Shown: positions 27,897 to 39,200 of the stretch, in pieces
Position numbering within the stretch: the first letter of the stretch is position 1
How the letters are laid out: each line of letters opens with the position of its first letter
From: a virus
Length of the DNA stretch: 64,000 nt
Virus record (IMG/VR): IMGVR_UViG_3300044956_000373
Location: 5,888 to 69,887 of that record
Reading direction: 5' to 3' (one strand)
Made by a program: the position numbers and the translations under genes
The notes under the pieces: generated by a model
Databases searched by the model: none
The model's input: the letters and a program-made list of their open reading frames with translations, nothing else
What the model was told of the DNA's origin: nothing

Positions 27897-30800
27897 ATGT
27901 CAGAAAGTACACTTTCTTTTGCGGGCTCTGAATTGTTTAGAAGACAACTATTAGTAAGAAATTTAGCACCATATAATGTTGAAGGTTCGTATACACCTCC
28001 AGAGCCTGCGGTTAATTATGAAACTAATCTTACTGTTAGTAATGTTACTGATTCACCAAATAACTTAGTTTCTACTAATGTTTTTGCAGAAACTCTTTAT
28101 CCTTTAAATGAATACGGACCCGAAGGTGGTTTTAGTCAACCTATTGGGATTAATACTATTGCATCTACTAATAATCCTGAAGGTACTAATCAGGGTCCAT
28201 ACGCACCTAATGATACAGTTTTAGATATTGTTAATGAATTTTATATTGAAGCGGCATATTTGAAAAATACATACGGACCAGAGGGAGGATATAAAGATTT
28301 AGTTGTTATAACAGATCTACAATTACCTAACCAATACTTTTCACCATATTCATTTAACCCTTTTTGGAATTGGTCAACATACTCAACATTTAACGTTGTT
28401 TTTCAGGATAATCCTTTAGGAAGTAACGGACCTTTATCTGAAGATAGTCCCCTTATGAAAATAGGGGCAATGACCTTAAAGGAATTGTTCCAAGATAGAA
28501 TTAATCAAGAAATTCTTCAAAATACAGTTGGACTTGTAAATTTAGACACAATTACTGATCCGTTTACAGCATCATTATTGGCAACAGGCCAACAACCCTT
28601 TTTTGAAAAAAATTGGAAAATTACCGTACCCGAAAATCCTGTATTAGCTGCCGTAACATTGGCAAACAGACTAACAGGAACATATTTTCCGGCTTCATTT
28701 ATCCCTGGTGATTATTTTGATGAAATAAATCCATATACTAATCCACAACAAACAAGTAACGCATTAAACGTTGCTAATAATTTAACAGGAGGATTACTAT
28801 CACCAATATTAAATAAAACAAGAAATCCTTCCGAAATATTTGTTGCTAACACTGGAGGTGGTACTAGATCAATACTATTTGCTTCATTAGACTATAACAA
28901 ATATAGACCATCATATAATATAGGTTTCATACAAGGAATATCTGCGATATTTGGAAATTTAGTCAACCAAAATACTTTGGCTTCGGGTGGTTATTATGTT
29001 GGAAGTCCTAATGCAGAACCTAGTTTAATTGACTCACCACCAAACCAAGTACCTGTAAATGAATTTGGACAACAAGAAGCGTCTATAGTTTATGGGCCTC
29101 AAGAATTAGGTATTTTATATGAAGGTAATATAGGTCAACTACAATTTGGTTTGGCAGGTAAATCATACACAAATGATGGAGGCATAACAGGACAATTAGT
29201 TTGGACATCTCCTAAATTTAATCCAAACGCGGGATGGAAAGTAGGTGTAGGTGCCGATCCTAAATTCATAGACGAAGAATTTAACGAAATACAAGCCGAC
29301 TATAATAGATATAGATCAACCGACATTGACTTTGAACCCGGATCTATTTTACATAAAACTCAAAGATTAGTTGAATCGGCAGATCAAGTACAAGGTCAAA
29401 CAAGGTTAAAACACGTTGGAAACGCAATTAATCAAATATCTAAAGTGTTTAATGATGGTTATAAAGAAATAACGAAAGGTTCTCAAGTATTGTCCTATTC
29501 GGATCAAGCAACAGGTCAGGAGGCTGGTATAGAATATTGTCGTTTGTTTCAAAAAGATACTCCTTATTTTACATATGCAGATTTACAAAAAACAGATGGT
29601 ATTGTAAACTCGGGTAGAAAATTTACCTATTCAGTATTTGACAACACATATAATTTAAATATTGCACCATTAAGAAATCCAGGATCAACAAATATTGTTA
29701 ATGGTAAAGTTAAAAAGTATATGTTCTCTATTGAGAACTTGGCGTGGAGAACATCTGATAGACCAGGATATACTTACGATGATTTACCTGTGTGCGAAAA
29801 GGGACCTAATGGTGGTCGAATAATGTGGTTCCCACCATACGATTTAAAATTCAGTGACGATTCAAGACCTTCATTCAATGAAACTTCTTTTCTTGGTAGA
29901 CCTGAACCTATTTACACCTATAAAAATACGGCTAGATCAGGTACATTAAATTGGACTATCATTGTGGATAACCCATCAATGATGAATACAATAATTGAAA
30001 AACAATTAGAAGGTGTTGCAAAAGAAAGAATTGATTCGATAATTGATTCTTTTTATGCTGGTTGTATTAAATATGATCTATACGAATTGGCGACAAAATT
30101 TAACACTATACCAACTAAAGATTTATATACATATCAACAAGTCTTAAATAATCCAAGACTGACAACTGAGGAATACGTTCAGACTTTACAAAATATCCCA
30201 TCTAACGCTAGTGGTTCCGATAATAGTAGTAACTCATCGGGAGCTAATACGAACGTAAACCTAAATGGATCAAGTAGTAATACCACAACATCTAATCAAC
30301 AATTAAGTAATCAAGACTTCCAAAAGTATGTTGGGTATGGATTTTATTTTCATAACGATTTACCTGATCCGAAAACAACACTCACGGTTGCAACTCAACC
30401 ATTTAATATTTGGTACGATCAATATTTAGCACTTGAAAATACGGACTATGCTGATAACGCACCTGAAAAAGTGTTTGTTGGTAATGATGAATTTGAAAAA
30501 TCAGGAATACCACAGATGTTTAGTAAGGTAGTTCAAGGCAATTTTCAAAAAATACAAAGCGACCTATTAAAAATAATGGACGATGCTGTTGTTAAAAAAG
30601 GAGGAACAATTACAATAACATTAACAGGATCTGCGTCAGCACCTAATACAGAAGAATATAATGTTAATTTATCACAACGAAGATTAAGTAGTGTTATAAA
30701 ATGGTTTGATACACAACCCACTTCTGATAATAAAACATTTGGTCAATATAGAACTCAAGGAAAAATTTCATTTATTGAAGAGCCCAAAGGGGAAGTAATA

Positions 30801-32948
30801 TCAATTATTAAACAAGTATCTGACGACACAAATCCTAATGATGCTGAAAGTAACATTGGGTCATCGGTTAATTGTAACGTTGATATTAAACAATTAGTCA
30901 ATGGACAACAAGTGACCACTAAAAATGCTCAAAAATATAGCGTTCCCGCTATGGCATGTAGAAGAGTTGTTCTAAGAGAAATTACTGCGGTTATACCTAC
31001 TGTTGAAGACATACCACTCGAAAACCCACCAATAGACATAAGTATAAATGATCCTGGAAGCGATAAAGACGTATCAACACCAACAACAGGATTAATAAGA
31101 AATATAAAACCACAGGCAGAACTTACTATCGAACAAAAAGTAAAAGAAGGTATATCAAAAAAACTATTAAGAAGTTTATTTAGTGAATGTGATTATTTTG
31201 AGGTTATAAAAGAAACTAACCCGATGATTTTCGATACGATTAAGGAAAAAATAAAATATTTTAATCCGGCATTTCACTCTATGACACCTGAAGGGTTAAA
31301 TGCTCGTTTAACATTTATGAATCAATGTGTTAGACCGGGACAGACAATACCTGTTATTGGCCCTGATGGTAGACCAAAATATAACGATGCTTTGAATACG
31401 GCATTTGGTGCACCACCAATATTAGTTTTAAGAATTGGAGATTTTTACCATACTAAAATAGTACCACAAAACTTAGGAATTCAATACGACCCAATTGTTT
31501 TAGATATGAACCCTGAGGGTATAGGAATTCAACCGATGATTGTTAAAATTACCTTAGGTTTCAATATTATTGGTGGTATGGGGTTAAAAGAGCCTGTACA
31601 AGAATTACAAAACGCACTTTCATTTAATTTTTATGCTAATACAGAAATTTATGATGAAAGAGCAACATCAACAGATAAAGAGAGTACTGAAATAAATGAT
31701 AAGTACGTTATAGAGGCTCTTAATTTAACACTACCAACGGTAAACTCTACTATTGTTAATACACCACAACCTAAAAAAGGTCAATCAACAATAGGTACAA
31801 TAACGGGAGAAAATTCTTTAGATTATAAAATACTATTTGATGAATTACAAGCGAACACCACGGCCTACGTTGAAGCGTATTTTAATTTTATGAAACAAAT
31901 AGAAGATCAAAACAATTTTGGTATTCTACAAATGGTTAATAAACAAGTAAATTATAGTAGTGGTAAATTGGCCGAATACACAACACCTACTGATTCTAAA
32001 ATCTATGGAAAACCAATTAATGTTGAATCCTTGATTGATACTTTAGTTAACAGAGTTAAAGATGATGTTAATAAAAGAAAAGACCCAATTATGTCTGCAT
32101 TGGTAGTTGATAATGCTAATTATAAAAATAAAACATTAAGAGAAGTTGAAGAAAAACTTAAAAAAATTGTACAAGATCAAAATGGTGTAATTGCTAATTC
32201 TGTTAATTTAACAATTAATGATTTTGTGCCTGTACAAGAGAATTTAAATTTCACTTTGAGAAAAATGGATGTTGTTGTTAATAAATTGGATGGTTTATTA
32301 ATCGACACAAACAACCCAATCATATATGATTTAAGTGGTGATACTTTCTTTTCAGACGTAAACTCAAACGAATCCGTAAATTATTTATATTTGAGTAAAA
32401 CCGCACCATCAGGTGGTGTTGCTAGTTTTTATAAAATATTAGATGAATTTACTAAATTAATGGACTCTAAAATTAACCTACCACAAGAATTTAACACTGA
32501 CAATAGTACATTGAATGTTGATGAGGATTTGGGTGATGTTGGATCATATAAGTTTAACAACGTAGAAGATGATAGATTTTACTTGGTCATGTCTCAAATA
32601 TTTACAGACGAAACAAAAAAACAAAAGTTATTTACAGATTTGACTAGTGGTCCTGATGTACAACGAGAGGAAGGCATAACTACCGCTATTGAAGAAATTA
32701 TTGATAATATTAGTTCAAGGTATAAAAATTACTATAAGGAAGAAAAGGACTTATTTTCAAATATAGAAACAAGCAAGCAATTCGTTTCAATTAAAAGTTA
32801 TATATTACCTTCTATTAATAACCTTGTGACTTTTACTACACCACCAACAACTGATGTTGAGGTTAAAACTAATAAAATAAAAGATTTGTATGCGAATCAA
32901 AACTTAAACGATAATAACACTTTCAACGGAAAAATAACATTTAATTAA
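27897..32948 (+). CDS. Large baseplate/tail protein with internal OmpA-like domain
   Basis: 1683 aa in the tail operon; FLGRPEPIYTYKNTARSG and PPILVLRIGD tail-initiator-like motifs; OmpA-like segment at about 30339-30985. Confidence 0.6.
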   Translation: MSESTLSFAGSELFRRQLLVRNLAPYNVEGSYTPPEPAVNYETNLTVSNVTDSPNNLVSTNVFAETLYPLNEYGPEGGFSQPIGINTIASTNNPEGTNQGPYAPNDTVLDIVNEFYIEAAYLKNTYGPEGGYKDLVVITDLQLPNQYFSPYSFNPFWNWSTYSTFNVVFQDNPLGSNGPLSEDSPLMKIGAMTLKELFQDRINQEILQNTVGLVNLDTITDPFTASLLATGQQPFFEKNWKITVPENPVLAAVTLANRLTGTYFPASFIPGDYFDEINPYTNPQQTSNALNVANNLTGGLLSPILNKTRNPSEIFVANTGGGTRSILFASLDYNKYRPSYNIGFIQGISAIFGNLVNQNTLASGGYYVGSPNAEPSLIDSPPNQVPVNEFGQQEASIVYGPQELGILYEGNIGQLQFGLAGKSYTNDGGITGQLVWTSPKFNPNAGWKVGVGADPKFIDEEFNEIQADYNRYRSTDIDFEPGSILHKTQRLVESADQVQGQTRLKHVGNAINQISKVFNDGYKEITKGSQVLSYSDQATGQEAGIEYCRLFQKDTPYFTYADLQKTDGIVNSGRKFTYSVFDNTYNLNIAPLRNPGSTNIVNGKVKKYMFSIENLAWRTSDRPGYTYDDLPVCEKGPNGGRIMWFPPYDLKFSDDSRPSFNETSFLGRPEPIYTYKNTARSGTLNWTIIVDNPSMMNTIIEKQLEGVAKERIDSIIDSFYAGCIKYDLYELATKFNTIPTKDLYTYQQVLNNPRLTTEEYVQTLQNIPSNASGSDNSSNSSGANTNVNLNGSSSNTTTSNQQLSNQDFQKYVGYGFYFHNDLPDPKTTLTVATQPFNIWYDQYLALENTDYADNAPEKVFVGNDEFEKSGIPQMFSKVVQGNFQKIQSDLLKIMDDAVVKKGGTITITLTGSASAPNTEEYNVNLSQRRLSSVIKWFDTQPTSDNKTFGQYRTQGKISFIEEPKGEVISIIKQVSDDTNPNDAESNIGSSVNCNVDIKQLVNGQQVTTKNAQKYSVPAMACRRVVLREITAVIPTVEDIPLENPPIDISINDPGSDKDVSTPTTGLIRNIKPQAELTIEQKVKEGISKKLLRSLFSECDYFEVIKETNPMIFDTIKEKIKYFNPAFHSMTPEGLNARLTFMNQCVRPGQTIPVIGPDGRPKYNDALNTAFGAPPILVLRIGDFYHTKIVPQNLGIQYDPIVLDMNPEGIGIQPMIVKITLGFNIIGGMGLKEPVQELQNALSFNFYANTEIYDERATSTDKESTEINDKYVIEALNLTLPTVNSTIVNTPQPKKGQSTIGTITGENSLDYKILFDELQANTTAYVEAYFNFMKQIEDQNNFGILQMVNKQVNYSSGKLAEYTTPTDSKIYGKPINVESLIDTLVNRVKDDVNKRKDPIMSALVVDNANYKNKTLREVEEKLKKIVQDQNGVIANSVNLTINDFVPVQENLNFTLRKMDVVVNKLDGLLIDTNNPIIYDLSGDTFFSDVNSNESVNYLYLSKTAPSGGVASFYKILDEFTKLMDSKINLPQEFNTDNSTLNVDEDLGDVGSYKFNNVEDDRFYLVMSQIFTDETKKQKLFTDLTSGPDVQREEGITTAIEEIIDNISSRYKNYYKEEKDLFSNIETSKQFVSIKSYILPSINNLVTFTTPPTTDVEVKTNKIKDLYANQNLNDNNTFNGKITFN

Positions 32949-32952
32949 AACT

Positions 32953-33276
32953 ATGGCACTTCAATATTTTAACAGATATTCAGACTTTTTAATAAATGGA
33001 CAACAAACCGTTGTTCCCTATATTACTCTACAACCAAAAAGTAGTGATAAAGCACACATTTATATTGTGGGTCAATCTAGACTTGATAAAATATCGCAAC
33101 AATATTATAACACACCATTTTTTGGTTGGTTAATAATGCAGGCAAACCCCCAATATAGTGGTTTAGAAACCAACATTCCTGATGGTGCGGTATTGACAAT
33201 TCCATTTCCATTAGTAGCATCATTACAAGATTATAAAAATAATTTAAATAACCACTTCTTCTATTATGGTAGATAG
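32953..33276 (+). CDS. LysM-like/T4 gp53-like baseplate wedge protein
   Basis: RLDKISQQYYNTPFFGWLIMQANP...IPDGAVLTIP. Confidence 0.75.
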   Translation: MALQYFNRYSDFLINGQQTVVPYITLQPKSSDKAHIYIVGQSRLDKISQQYYNTPFFGWLIMQANPQYSGLETNIPDGAVLTIPFPLVASLQDYKNNLNNHFFYYGR

Positions 33277-36200
33277 TAATGAAAACATACTTGTCGAATA
33301 TGATTACGATAATATTACTTTAATTGACCCAAATAGAGTTGTCGATAATTTAGGTAATGTACAAGAAAGATTAGTCAAACAAGAGGACTTAGTTTATTAC
33401 GCTAATTTGGAATGTAATGTATTACCAAGAACAAAATTAGCTGTAGGTACCGCACTAAATGACCAACAAAGAACAATATCTGTAGGTAAAATAAATTTTC
33501 TAAACCCTGGATTTAAAACATTTTATGATACAAGTTGGTCTGATGAGTTGACAGGTAAAGACACTTTACAAGGTAAAGGAGTTAATCAACCTTCATTAAA
33601 GTCGGTTAAAAATCCAAATAAGTCTGACGATTATTATATTACACAAAGTACATACTCAAATGGAACGCCAGGTGCTGTTGATACTGGTTTGTTAGGAATT
33701 AAAGACATAAACATTTCAATGGGAATGGACTTTCTTCCTGTGGTTGAAATGACTTTAGAAGACGTTAAAGGTAGAACTTTATTTGAGGCAGGTAATAACT
33801 CGCCATATGCCGCTTTTTTCCAATTACCATATCCTTTATTTAATTTAACACTGAAAGGGTATTACGGTAAAGCGATAAAATATCCGTTGATGTTGCAATC
33901 ATTTACATCAAATTTTGACCCTTCATCTCATAATTTTTTAATTCGACTTAAATTTTTTGGATATAAATATACATTATTATCTTATGTGAATTTTGGAGCC
34001 TTAATGGCGGTTCCACATATGTATAATAATTTGGTAACAACCGTAACACGTAAAACTGAAACAAATGATTCGATAAAAGAAACTGGCCAAAAATCTGTAT
34101 TAGTTAGTCGTGGTTATGAAAAAATGAAAGAAATTTATTCTGATTATAAATCAAAAGGTTTAATTGATGATGATTTTCCTGAAATCACTTTAAATCAATT
34201 ACGATATAGGTTAGATGAGTTTATAAAAAATATTTTAGAACAATTTACCAAAGAAAATATGGGAGTTCTTACTGATGTAAGTAACTATCAAAATAGTTTA
34301 ATTAACTATCAGACAAAAGTTTATTTTGGTGCCGGTACTTCATGGTTTAATAGGTACATGGACACAAAAAATCCATATATAACTAAGAATGGTGAAACCG
34401 TATATACTTGGTTAGAAAATATTAAACTTGAAGACAGACCTAAGTGGTATAAAGAACTTGAAGGTCTTGTTATAACATACAATAAACAATTAAACGATAA
34501 TTCAGTTTTAGGTAAAAATCCAGGATCATATACAATCGCTAAAACAACATACTCGTCTTCAATTGATAACACAATACAAACTGAAGTTTTTGTTAAACCT
34601 ATTAACCCAAAGACTGACATTGATTGGGTTAAAAGTTATAAAAGTCTAAATCCATCAGTCAATTTTGTCGATCAAGATGATGTCAAATTCAAAACATATA
34701 AAGAAGGTAGGTTAAATATTATAAATAAAACTATAGGAAACTCAAATATAACCTTTCCAAATTTCTTATACTTCGAAGGACCAGGGTCTTTTATTGAAAA
34801 GACCAATAAAATGGCTAAAGACGCTGAGGTTAAAAAGAAAGAAATCGAAGAAAAAATTATGAATAACCTAAAGGTACAATTCAATAACAAAGAATATGGT
34901 TTAGGGTTTATACCAACGGTTAGAAATATATTGGCAATATTTTATTGTCAAGGTGAAGCGTTTTTAAGATTATTAGATGAAGTACATTCAAAGGCGTGGG
35001 ATCAAAGAGAAAACCAATACAGAAGAGCCGCAATCTTTGGAGGATCGACAACAGCTCCGAGTGTGGATGTTAAAACCTCAACACAAAATAACGAACCCAT
35101 TTATCCATGGCCACAAGTGATTAAAGAAACTATTGGTTCTGATAATCAAGAAAAATTTGAAATAATTTATCCTGGCGCCGCTGATGTTGCAACACAATAT
35201 AGAGCATACATACCTGAGGTATGGCCTGAGGTTGAGTTTGTTGAAGAATTTATTAAAGGTTATACGTATAGGGATAATGATTTTACAAAACTAGACTCAA
35301 ATCAAACTAACGAGGCGAATAGACCACGAAGAATATCGTTAAACTCTATTGATTTTCCTGTGTCTAATCAGGTGTTCCAAAACAAACAACAATCTAAATA
35401 TTTTTATGAAATATACGAAAGAATTATTTTGAATGCGTATTATTCGAAATTAAATCGTATCTCAGGATATCCTTTTTCGGTTTATAATGTTGTCGCTGAA
35501 AACGAATCAATTAACATGATTGAAAGTTTAGGTCAAACAAATCCATACCTTTCTAAAATATTAAAAGAGTACCAAATAGATCAAACTAATTTTGAAATTT
35601 TCTTACGTCATATCTCTAATGAAGGTCAAGGTGAGAGTTGGCAAAACTTTATAAGAGGTAATTTTGTTACACCTTATATTAAAAGTGAGGTTGAAAATCC
35701 ATCGGTATTGTTTAATCAAGACATATTAAATAATACAAAGTCACAGCCTGATGTTAGTTTAATTATTGCGAGTAACAAAATTAACATAGAAAATTATGTT
35801 TCTGAAACACCTGCGAGTAATATTTTTGATTTTACGGACATTTATCCTTTAACCAATTTAAATTGGGATAAAGATTATTTAGCGAACGGATCATCGTTAA
35901 ATTTTGCAACTGAATCATTCGAAACCGATAGTGTAATAGAATATAACGGAGTTCAAAAAACAATAACAAATTTTCAGTTTGATGATCAAACTAATGAAAA
36001 AAAACCAATAAGTAATTTTAACTTTTTTAATTTAGTTGGTAATAGAAACATTGTCAATTTGAAAACTTTCTATGAGACAAATACAAATACAAATCAATTT
36101 GTTACTGAAGGGAATCTTAGATATACAAACTATAATGGTCAGTTGATTGCAGAACAAACCACATCAATGATGAATACACCATATTTTATTAATGCAATAC

Positions 36201-39200
36201 AAGATGGTGTGTTTAAATTTAGATATAGACCAAACGAAAAAAGTCCATATAAAGCCGCGGCGTATTTGTTTTTAGAAAGTTTACCATTGGCAACCACTAA
36301 AGAAAAATATAAAACTTATGAAAGTGGTGCTGAAATTTCATTGGATTACATATTAGCAACATTAAAAAAATTTGGAGGAATCCACAAATTACCCTATTCA
36401 TGGATTTTAAAATATGGTGCTATTTGGCATAGATATAAAACTTGGATTGATACTGGTTTTGACTTTTTAGATGATGTGTGGAAAGATTTTGATTATGCAA
36501 AAAACTATGACTCCATAAATTCTGATGTTACTAAATTATATCAATTACTAATTGGAGGAGTTCAAAGAAATATCGTGTGTGATCAAACAACCGGAGTTGC
36601 ACCATTCACAGATATGAACGTTGGGTTTTATCCTCAACTAATGGATGATTATAATGTATTCATACAAGGGGTTAAGTTATTATCAGGAAGTTCAATAGTT
36701 CAAGGTGTTTGTACCATATCAGGAAATACAATGCAAGTCATTTCCATTAGTAATAATATTTTATCTGGCGGTTCACAAATAGTAGGTCCGAACATTTCGG
36801 GTACAACAACTATTTTATCTCAAGTAACAGGTACAACTGGAGGTATTGGTACTTATACGATATCACCATCACAATCTGCAAACACAACAACATTTAATGT
36901 TTTAAACACAATAATCAATGGTCCTGGTAGTTCAGACATACAAAGTTTAATAAACAACGGGACTTTAGTTATGTTTAGCACACCTAATTCAAGTATATAC
37001 GAACCTCAAGGTTTTGACCCTAATCAAATAACAAGAACATTAAGATTAAATACTTGGTCTATGGCGGTTAAAGAAAATAACAAAGAAGATTATTTTGTAT
37101 TCCCTTCTTTTGGCGCCAACATTAATCAAACATATTCAGAGTGTTTTAAAAATGGAATAATGAGAACCGAAGTTTCCCAAAACCCTTCAGTATTCAATGG
37201 GTCAATAAGATTATATTGGAATGCTTCTCAATATGGTTATTTTGACAATAATAAAGTTGATAAGAGCGCTCCTGACCAATACTTTAAAAATATAAATAAT
37301 AATTCTGAAGCTCAAGAAAATTTCAGAATAACTGGTGACCAAAATCAATATTCTAAAATTGATGAAATGTTTTCAGCATTCGATTTAAATACTTTGGATC
37401 TTTTTGAAAAAGAGTTTTTAAATTTTAGTAAATCCGTTTATGACTATACAGATACAATACCACCGACAATAAGTTTCAATGTCTCTGACTTGACACAACA
37501 AAATGTTACAACATTAAACTCAACTGAAACACCAAGTGATAAGGCTTACAAAAATTTTCAACAATTAATGAGGGAATTGATGAAAGTACAAACTCCCGTA
37601 GGAACTACACCACAAACATTATTTGAAAATATTACAAATAGTCAAAACGAAACATTTCAAACGGTACTTAAAAACTTTCTAGAATACAATGTTGTTTTTA
37701 AATACGGAAACCCATCAGGATTTGATAGAAAAAGTTTTTTCACATTTTCAACACAATTTATTGAGGAACCAATATCTATTGATCCATATATAAAAAACTC
37801 ATTACCTGGTGATGGAATTGCACCGGGCGTGACTTTATTACAATCAGAAACTCAGAACCCTGACGTTTGGAAAACATTACGAAAATATGTAGGATTTTCA
37901 GAAATACCACAATTAAAATATGGTAATAATGGGTCATACATAACAGATTTTTTCATCGTTATGAATGCCGGATTCAACGAAAAAAATATCCAAGATTTTG
38001 CACCACTTATTAAAATATTTGCAACTCAAAAAATTGCAAATCCAAATTTAACTGCGAATGAGTTTTACTCACTAATGGACGATTATTTAATCGAAAGTAA
38101 AAATTATCTTAATAATATTTTATCTATTTTAATGCCTTCAGTCAGAAGACAATTACCTCAAGTTATAATTTCGTCACAAGAGGGTAATGTTAAGGCAAAT
38201 TTAGAGGCCGGATTTACAGAACAAACTAGAACTGAATTGTGGGAAACATTTAAAACATTAAATGACACTTGGATTTCAGGTTACGATTTTTCTGACAAAA
38301 CTTTATTTGAAGATGTTTTATTATTAGATAGAGCATCGAGAGATGTTGGAAACAAAATTCTTGTCGATATTTTTGAAATTAAAGATCTACTTGAAGGTTC
38401 ATTATATAAAAATACAATGTTGGGTATTGTTGAAAGTGTTTTGAAATATAATAATTTTGTAACTTACATGTTACCATCTTATATTAATTTTTATAATGTA
38501 CAAAATGCAGAAAAAAATCCGGTCCCAAGACCTGATGGTAGTGACGAATTTGCAAATTCTATGTTTGGTACATTTTTAAATGTTGATTACAGAAATAGTT
38601 CGCCTAAATATGTTTGTGTTTATGCGAGTAAACCAAGTGAACACTTGGCAATGAATGATAATATTGATTATAGATATAGAGATGATGCTTTTGATTTGAG
38701 AAGATCTAGTGATAATCCATTAATAGAAAATCAAATAAATAAAACAGATTGGGCTAGATCAAATAAAGTTGTTGGTTTTAATGTTGATATAACATTACAA
38801 AATCAACAAATATTTAAACAATTTGATGTCGCCCAAGACCCTGGAAAACCAACAGCAGAATCTTTGGAGGTTTTAAATCAAATGGCAAATCTATCAAGAA
38901 ATAGAAGATCCTCAACACAAAGTGTATCATTATATAATTTATATAAAAATAGAAGTTATAGATGCTCAATTGATATGATGGGAAATGCATTAATACAACC
39001 AACAATGTATTTTAATATTAGAAACATACCTTTGTTCTCTGGTCCATACATGATAACTGGTGTAAAACATAGAATTAGTGAAAATGGTTTTGACACAACC
39101 TTTGAAGGTATAAGACAACCTTTCTATAGTTTACCAAAAATTGAAAACTTTATTCAGTCATTAAATGAGAAAATTTTAACAAGCATACAAGAACAAATAC

